This document shows, in pieces, positions 49,707 through 57,361 of a stretch of DNA of 57,361 bases. Location: assembly GCF_001949145.1 (NCBI RefSeq), contig NW_019091355.1:5281518-5338878 (forward strand), in the 5' to 3' direction. Positions within the stretch are counted from its first letter, which is position 1. Every line of letters begins with the position of its first letter. A program made the position numbers and the translations under genes. Source of the DNA: Acanthaster planci. Lineage: Eukaryota. A model generated the notes under the pieces. It saw nothing but the letters and a program-made list of their open reading frames with translations. It made no database searches and had not been told where the DNA came from.

Positions 49707-52164
49707 GTTCAGTGCATCTGTTTTTCTGTTCAATTCATGAACCCAAAATTTACTTCCAGAAAACAGTTTTGAGATAGTGATCGATGTTTGCTAATTGCTA
49801 TGCGCAAAAAGAACAATGAAGAGAATGTGTCGTCCGGCAAAATCTACAAAAATGCAGAACTCTTCTGTGTATAAACCAATATTTATTTTAAGGCTTTCTT
49901 CGTGAGATGACTTTATAGCTTTGCTCATGATGACTGGAAATACTCATCAGCATAAAGACCAAGAAAGCAGTAAAACACCTTTCAAATAACGAAACAAAGT
50001 TCAAAGTATGGTTAACTGAGACAAAAAGGTGCATTTTGAAGAGTTGCGTTGATTACAGCAACTCTTTGAGAGACGTTCATTATTTTTCTTTCCAGGTGGC
50101 TTGGGTTGGGAATGGAGACCAGTTGTCATGGATCATACCAACATAATAAAGGCCAGGTTATGCTTTGCACAAATGTACACACACACTATGAACAATGAGG
50201 AATGAATAAGACGACATTACACCTTTGAAAAATTGGCAATGCAAATTTTTACACTAGTGCTACAATGGGCGATTCCTCTTTGAAAACATTTTGAATCTCT
50301 ATAATATTGTCAATGTAGTTATTACATGTAGGACAGGTTACCAGTCTAACTTAGCCTCCTTCCATCATTTGCAGTCATCTTCAGTGTGACTGAGATTTGG
50401 TGAAAATCCCAACAGATATAAACAGATTAAATTCTAACCCTTAGAATCTAACCTGGCCCAGATACAAAAAAACTGAGCTACTGGATTAAAAAAACTCTCC
50501 TGACCTACACTTGTATACCTGTATGTGCCTGTTTTGTTCTGTTCATCTTTATAATTTTGTTGATCTTTATAATTATGTGTAAGCACCTAGTCAGTTTCCC
50601 TATATACAGTTGTAATTTGATTTATGATTCATGATTTTTGTCACTGCAAAGATTAAGTTCAATCGATCAATCAATACCTCAAACAGAAAGACAACACACA
50701 GAATTTTCACTAAACTTGATCAGTATCTATTTCCTGCCATGACTTGTACCATTTGTGGGTCCAAACATAGGACAACCAAACACCACTGCAACTTTGAAAC
50801 TGTTTATCATAACTGCACCACTTAGGCAACTCCATTTTGAGGCAATCAGGCTCAAAATGGTAGCGTTCAATAACGTTGTTGATGTTGAGTACCACAAGGT
50901 AATATTAACATAAAGACCACACAAGAAATGTTACCCAACTGAGGCAGAATGAAAATTTCATTATAGAAGAGTGCCCTCTCTTGTCACTCTATATCCAGTC
51001 CCATCCACATTGTACAAGTTTCCTTTGCTATCAGATGATATTCTGAAAGCCTCCTGTTTTTGCAGCGCTGGTGCTTAAAATTTTTGTGGGGGGGCCGGGA
51101 ATAAAAATTTTTAGTTCCATTTTTCCAGCCTTGGTTCTTCTGCATAATTTGTGGTCCCCCTCCCAATTAAACTAGGTCAGGCAGTGACTGTTAAAACCAA
51201 CATGTCCCCCTCAGGACTGCAAGGAAATAAAGGACTATACCGGTACCTGCTCATTTTTGTTGACATTTATGTTGACAGGATAAGAAGAAACCCCATATTG
51301 CAGGTTTATAAACTTCAGCCTAAATTTACGGCCAGGAGAGAAAGGCAACTTCGTTATTGCTGCCCCAGGCTGATTGAGTTCAGCTGTGAAGTAATTATCA
51401 TTGCATGGAGTTTTCTGCAGGTGTTACGAAAACATTACACATCCGCCTGGTGTCTCACACATGCCTCTGAGTAAAGGGGGAAAAAATGCTGGCAATTTCT
51501 GCAGTCTAGCCTCTCTCAAAGGGAAAAATGCAATATTGGATGGCATATATGCAAAGAGCAGAGTTCTTTATTTGGATTTTCAGCCAACGTACTGTGGTAC
51601 ATCCCATTAGTGATTCATTGTTTGCTGTAAATCTGATCTGTGCGTGGCAACACTAAATGCAATTTCGACTAAAAAGGCTCTTAACCCACCCCCCCGCGAT
51701 ATTTTTGCTGTGGAATGAGGTTTCAGAACCCTGGGAATCCTCAATTCCAGCTTAGTGATAGTCATTCATCCATTCCACTTGAAGCCAGCAACCGCGCAGG
51801 ATTCTGGGGCAGAACGGAAGAACAAAATCCGAGGGTGGTAGGGTTAAAGTGCAATGTAGGAGGCAATTAGCAGACTCTGTCAGTCTGAACTTCTGACATC
51901 ACGGAAACCAATAGAGATACATGGACATACGTGTAATAGCAAGAAAAACGAAACAAAACATGTATGTACTTGCACATGTATCAAGCCATACATATTCAAC
52001 TATAAAGAATGGCCACATTTAAAAGGTGTACATGTGCTTACATGTGTTTTCTCTACTGCTACATTTGCTCCCTATGAAACAAACTAAATGAATAAGCCAT
52101 CTGCGAATTAAATTTGAATAAAATCTGCTGCACTAAGTTATCTGACTGCACGTAAACATAACGA

Positions 52165-52382
52165 TTTGAATTCCCCAGACTTAAGACACTGTTGCTATAC
52201 CTCGTGATTCGGGGCAAGCTTTTGCATAGTGACCACCATCTCTGGAATGGACTGGTTCCTTTGTGCCGTTCTTATCCATTGAGAACAGTGTATTGTTTCA
52301 AGGCGTCTCTTATGTAACTAAGCAAAAGCTTGCCCCGAATCACGAGGTATAGCAACAGTGGTTTTAGTAAGGAGAATTCAAG
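52165..52382. repeat. Inverted repeat with 47-bp core arms (52187-52233 and 52314-52360), MITE-like
   Basis: 39 bp perfect (cactgttgctatacctcgtgattcggggcaagcttttgc), then 2 mismatches; degenerate outer extension. Confidence 0.9.
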
Positions 52383-52887
52383 TTGATGCATCTATGTTCA
52401 TGTGAATTTAAAGAACTCAGTGTACCAGGATCTGGGTCAAAGTTAACCTGCAAAAGGCTTATTTGAAAGAGAAATTAAAACCCATCCACTGAACCCAAAG
52501 AGAATGAGTAGACATAAGGAAACTCCAAAAAATAAACTCAACAAACAGCAAACACAATGCCATACAGGTTAAATTTTCCTTCCAAATTAACCCCAAGAGG
52601 ATAATTTTATAAAGGGCGAATGGAATTAGTGCAGTCTGCAACTTTTATTTTACAGCTTTCACTGTTACATTAGACCTCATATCAAAACATCCACTAATCA
52701 CTCATTGTAAAGTGCAATACGCCAATATACTTAAAACTGGCTTTGTGCATTTGATATTGCAAGAATAACTGATTGCACAGTACAATGAAAGGGGCACACA
52801 ACCCAAAGGAAAAACCAGACACAAACACAAAACAAAAAAAACATCCAAATGAAAAGATTCTATGGAAGTTGTTTGTGTGCTCCTTAC

Positions 52888-53004
52888 CAGAAAGAATGGG
52901 CCTTGTGATATCCGATGAGCATCACTGATCTCACGCAGTCGTAATGCTCCCATCTCGTGGTCATTGGTGGCAATGTCACCTGGACCACAGTACATGTCAA
53001 CAAG
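52888..53004 (-). CDS. NWD-like exon B (DUF4062 region): LVDMYCGPGDIATNDHEMGALRLREISDAHRISQGPFFL
   Basis: Acceptor ttccttag, donor CTG|GTAAG; 117 nt, phase 0 to 0. Confidence 0.88.
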
Positions 53005-54278
53005 CTAAGGAAGGCAAAAAAGAGTAACCTGACTATGAGCAACAGGCAATCTAAGAAAAATAGATGAGCTTCAGGCAGAACTGTAACTGTCAAGCCTGAT
53101 TGACACTTGTGCACTGCTGATTTGACTTTTTCTCATGGGTGTTATACCCCACACCAAGTGACAGGCTTCAGTCAACATTGTATTGTTACATGTAATTCAA
53201 AATTGGCAACATACACTTCCCAAACTGGACCTACAATGTAGCTGCATCTGTACCCATAGGCAAGCTTATGACAGAGCCCTCACGTACATGTATCAAGTGA
53301 TATCCTGCCTGCATTACTTTGATTGGATTTACAATGTATTCATTTTCAAAGCCAGTTAGCACTTGTCTCTTCCCTTTGAACCAAAAAATCTTTGTGGTAC
53401 CCATGCTTATTCCACAGAGCCAGTTTCACACAATTCCATTGAACTTGTGCAGTTCTTGTGTTATTAGATCTGACATACCATGTACATACATATGTATAAT
53501 GTCAACTCCAACAGCTTTTAAAATCTCATCAATCCCAGATTCTTCAAAATCCATTAGATGTGGAGAATTCTGCAGGATTGAGGAAGGTACAACCCAGCCC
53601 CTATCACCTGACATGGGGCTTGATGTTCCTAAGAGGTTGAAATGTAAAGAATATATCACCAAGCTCTTGCACACTAGAGGACTTTGGAGGACTTAGGAAA
53701 GTACTGAGAAAGAATAATAGGGGAGTGGGGTTAAATGGGTATGATACACTTTTTCATTTCTTTTTTGTTGTAAACACTGACGCTGATCCGCTATGCACTA
53801 TTTCTCGAAGTCGTCTTGAATTCATCCCACTCCGTCACTGTGTCCTTCTTCAAAAAAAAAATATATCTATGGCACATTTGCTAATTTTGCTGTCCTGGTC
53901 ACAGAATTGCAAAACTCATGTCGGCCCCACGCCTAAGGTCTTGAACCCCTCAACTGCAGAGACTGGCTGTGAATTCTAACAAATTATGGAGCCAAACTCT
54001 GTGATGAGGAGGACCCCATCAAAAACCTGTTCTGATACTTTGTTCTGGCACCGTCGATGCCATCAAGCCAAGTTGTTTTCTTTCCTTGAAGTCACGGCCC
54101 TGACAAGTATAACAGTGTCTACTGCATGCAGCACCCACAACGCTTATTACAAGTAATCTGGGCCATCAAACGTGACTGTCAGGTAGGCTGGGCTTCGGAA
54201 GACGGCGGTATGCCTGGGGGAATCTAGTAGATTTCCTCCATTTGCGACCGAGACCGAGACGCTGTCAATTCTTCTCAC

Positions 54279-54364
54279 CTGGAAATCCAGTCCATACTCC
54301 TGACAGTGCCGTTGGAGCTCTGGAACAGCATCACGAAGCAAGGCATGCCTCTCTTGCTCAGTAT
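54279..54364 (-). CDS. NWD-like exon A (DUF4062 region): (D)TEQERHALLRDAVPELQRHCQEYGLDFQ
   Basis: Acceptor ctgcacag, donor CAG|GTGAG; 86 nt, phase 1 to 0; matches the NWD N-terminal motif. Confidence 0.88.
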
Positions 54365-57361
54365 CTGTGCAGAGGAAATAAAGGTTGAGGGGGAGAGAGA
54401 GACAGGAGATGAATAGAATTCTAGTTCCATCAAATCTGTTCCAAAATTGATGCATCTGGGGTTATGTCTGGGAGAGAGAATTTGCCAGCCTGGCTGGCAC
54501 CTTCTCACAGATCTGTCAAGCGTCACGTCCCCTCTGAGTGATTCTTGCCCACACTCTTGTCCCAACGCTTGCACTGTAATTTGGGGATGCGATCTCTTAC
54601 AAAGTCACTGACAAATCAGACGTAACCACAGAGATGGATGTACCAGGAGGTTGAGCAGCAGAACTGTATTCACTGCTTTACAGGTTCAAATCCCATCATC
54701 AATTTGTCTGAAGTAATGCATGTGTGGCTCTGCAATAAATAATAGACCCATACATGTATGGCAGTGGCACCTGCGGACAAAATTCATGATGAAATACCCC
54801 TCAAAAAAAGAAACGGAGCCTTTATCTGTACGAACATGAAAGTTGTAAAACTATGACCTTTAACATTCCTGCCCTCTTGTAAAGTATGTACATGAACATT
54901 TGAAACCAAAACAGAAAAACACACTAGTTCAATGCTGTGAAACTCACTACATGTAAATTCTGAACAGTGAAAACAGGTATTAGTCAAACTACATGTAATT
55001 ATGAAGTTGTCAAATGCCTCAACAGGAGAAACGGAGCAAAATACAACATCACACAAGACCAGTACAGTGTGAGCCCGCAAGTACCCTGTAAGGAGCTGTC
55101 TCCAATTCCAGATGGTGCTGGGATGAGTGTGGTCAGATTCTACAAACGATTGGGGGGGGGAAGGATGGATGATTTTGTACACCATTGCTCTGCTTTTCTG
55201 TTGGTTTCCAAGCATCACAGGCAACAGCCAATATTTGAACTGTGGCGCTTGGAATCTCACAGGTTCAATGGTCTTTGTCCTCCTAAGACAACACTGCTAT
55301 GACCAATGATGCTCTGAATAAACTTTCAACCTTTGGACCTCCCAGTTCTAGACGGAACGCTCGGAGAGAAAAGAAAAAAAATTTCCCAAAACAATTCCTT
55401 GGTAATCTATCTTCATTACTCAGGCAGCCCAATCACTATGTTGTTCTCCTGTTATTTTTGAGCAAAGTTTAATATCTTGAAGTACATATTCATTAACCAG
55501 ATGTAGCAAAAATTGAAGCTTCACAGTCTTAAGCGACTCTTGCTTTGACTTGGTCCACTAGAACCTGAGACACCAGAAGCCAATATGGTGTGCTGATAAT
55601 GTTTGTGGCTATTAAAGACTCTACAAAACTGTTCAGGTTAAAGCATTGACAGATTTTTCGATGAAATGAGCTCTGCTGCAAGTGTCTCATGAAGTACAAT
55701 TTCACCCTCTGAAACAATCCGCACAAAGATACAACATACCATATGTTTCTCGGGAAATCTTCTCAACGTCCTAACTGTTTAAACAATGGCAAAATTCTAC
55801 AATTTCGAAGTACATGTATGACAAAACCATCTATGTTGAATCCAGTGTTAGTTCTATTATTTTTTAAAATTACACGTAAGTTCTGCTTTCACACCAACAT
55901 ACATGTATCAGTACATGAAATGGTTATAACATTGGATTGATCTTGCCAAAATGCTCCATTTCTATTCACTTTGGGGTTATTTCACCTTTAAAGGAACCAG
56001 GAAATAGAAATACATGTATTTTTACTAAATTTTTACTAAAAGCCCTTGAAATTGCATCTTTGGGTTTTAACAAAACCTTTTTAAAATTTTTGTTGTGCAA
56101 TTTTAACCCATATTTTGATGCTTGTTTGGTTTTATGCTATTGTATATTTGCATATTCATGAGCAGAACTATGATGTCATCCAAGGCACTGAATCTCAATG
56201 TTTCACTGATTTGTGCACAGAAAATTTCTAGATTTTGTTAACCACTGCTATGGCAGATTTCATTTTCTTTGGCAATTTATTGCTGTGTAAGTATATCGCA
56301 ATAATCCAGCAAAAATCCTTTTCACAGAAATGTTCCCAGATAGCAAATTTGAGTTCACAATTTAAACATGAAAACATGCAACCTGAACCATGTCTTCCTG
56401 GATTTACATAAAATCAAAAGTGCCCTCACTTGTCCAGAAATACTTGGTGAATTTTTAATGTATGAAAAAGTGCACTGTTCAGTTCACGTAACTCAAAGAA
56501 GATGTCAAACAGTCTTCATACATGGAAGAAGAGTACAGAGATACACAAAAAGTGATTCTAAGAAAAATTAAGTTCCTGGTTCCTTTAATAAAAACCCAAA
56601 CCTGGTTAAACATCTCACACAAACAGGTAAATTTACAATTTAAATTCATAAGTAACACTAATGTGATGCCACGGCACAAAATGCATGTTACTGTCTGTGT
56701 CTCTCTTTTTAAGATTCATCTGAAGTCAGAAAGATATGAAATATGAATAAGCCAATTTAGTATTGAATAAAATGGACAGAGAAAATAACCTGGACTGCAG
56801 CTAACCTTTAAAGAAACCAAGACCTGACGTCAAGAGGGGGGGGATTTTCCTGTTATCAAAAAAAAAATCTGATTGGAGCACCAGGGGCGGTAAAGCCTTG
56901 GTCATAGGAAACTGATTTTAATCACATCTGTAATGACATACATGTGCCACTGGATATTTGATATTATCAAAAACACACATTAAAAAACATGCGTTAGAAA
57001 ATTACTTGATTGGAAATAACTACATCCCCCCCAAAAAAGATTGTTTACAAAAATTATTCCTGGTGCATTTTGCTTTTGTTTTTTAACCATTCCCAGCAAG
57101 TGAAATACAATGAACATTCCATGGGCTCCACTTTCCCTCTTGGTACATTTTTAGCACGCCCATTCACAGGAAGTTCGGCGCTTTTTCTGCAATCCTTGTG
57201 TCTCATCTCATTCTTGCTTTTTTTTAATTACAGGAAGGTTGATTGAAAGACATGAAAACATGTTGAGTCAACAAACGGCCAGGTCTATGTATTGGACTGT
57301 CTCTTTGGCAGGTGGATTTCATCAACTAATTCATGCCACTGACATTGTGTGCATGCGTATG

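Larger units (their letters stand above)
13024..54364 (-). other. NWD1: Multi-exon gene (5'-incomplete) for a NACHT- and WD40-repeat protein, NWD1/qui-1-like, about 1600 aa traced
   Basis: 20 exons joined by GT-AG introns with consistent phases and no internal stop. Family motifs: ERxxL..V.P.L...C...GLDFQ-LVD, EI...S.GPFFL-SIIGNKYG, Walker A GEAGSGKT, RFLG, WLP, GLTEAELMDVLSCDDELL, PQPL..N.RRL.EL..HL, about 15 WD40 repeats. The symbol denotes family resemblance; NWD1 vs NWD2 vs qui-1 orthology was not tested. Confidence 0.85.

Noticed and set aside
53426..53674. Protein-like ORF in the intron between exons A and B
   Set aside because: Plausible splice sites give phase 1 to 2, incompatible with the phase-0 intron; exons A and B join seamlessly without it
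1..57361. Prokaryotic operon, CRISPR array or phage-defence island
   Set aside because: Low coding density, spliceosomal introns and SINEs; no regularly spaced repeat-spacer array seen
54365..57361. First coding exon of the NWD gene
   Set aside because: No segment encoding the expected VRIFxSST-like motif with a phase-1 donor was found; probably outside the window

Overview
Eukaryotic (animal, most likely marine invertebrate; the SINEs tentatively resemble starfish/echinoderm families) genomic DNA, not prokaryotic. The window is dominated by one large spliced minus-strand gene. I traced 20 coding exons by hand from 54364 down to the stop at 13024. All introns are GT-AG and all phases are compatible, giving 4802 nt (about 1600 aa); the first exon(s) and start codon were not found and probably lie beyond the right edge. 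The product is an NWD1/qui-1-type STAND protein: DUF4062 (TIR-like) N-terminus, NACHT-type P-loop NTPase (GEAGSGKT), helical/winged-helix region, about 15 WD40 repeats, and a disordered tail ending in a polybasic stretch plus CaaX box (KTKKNKKSGVCLLF*). That tail suggests a prenylated, membrane-anchored NLR/Apaf-like receptor. A 42-nt frame-preserving candidate cassette exon lies in the last intron. The rest is intronic, UTR or intergenic: tRNA-derived SINEs, three related TTAA-associated MITE copies, TA-flanked MITEs, and a cluster of nested inverted repeats (including a perfect 68-bp-arm palindrome) in the 15.7-kb intron. Almost all short ORFs in the supplied track are spurious or are exon fragments.
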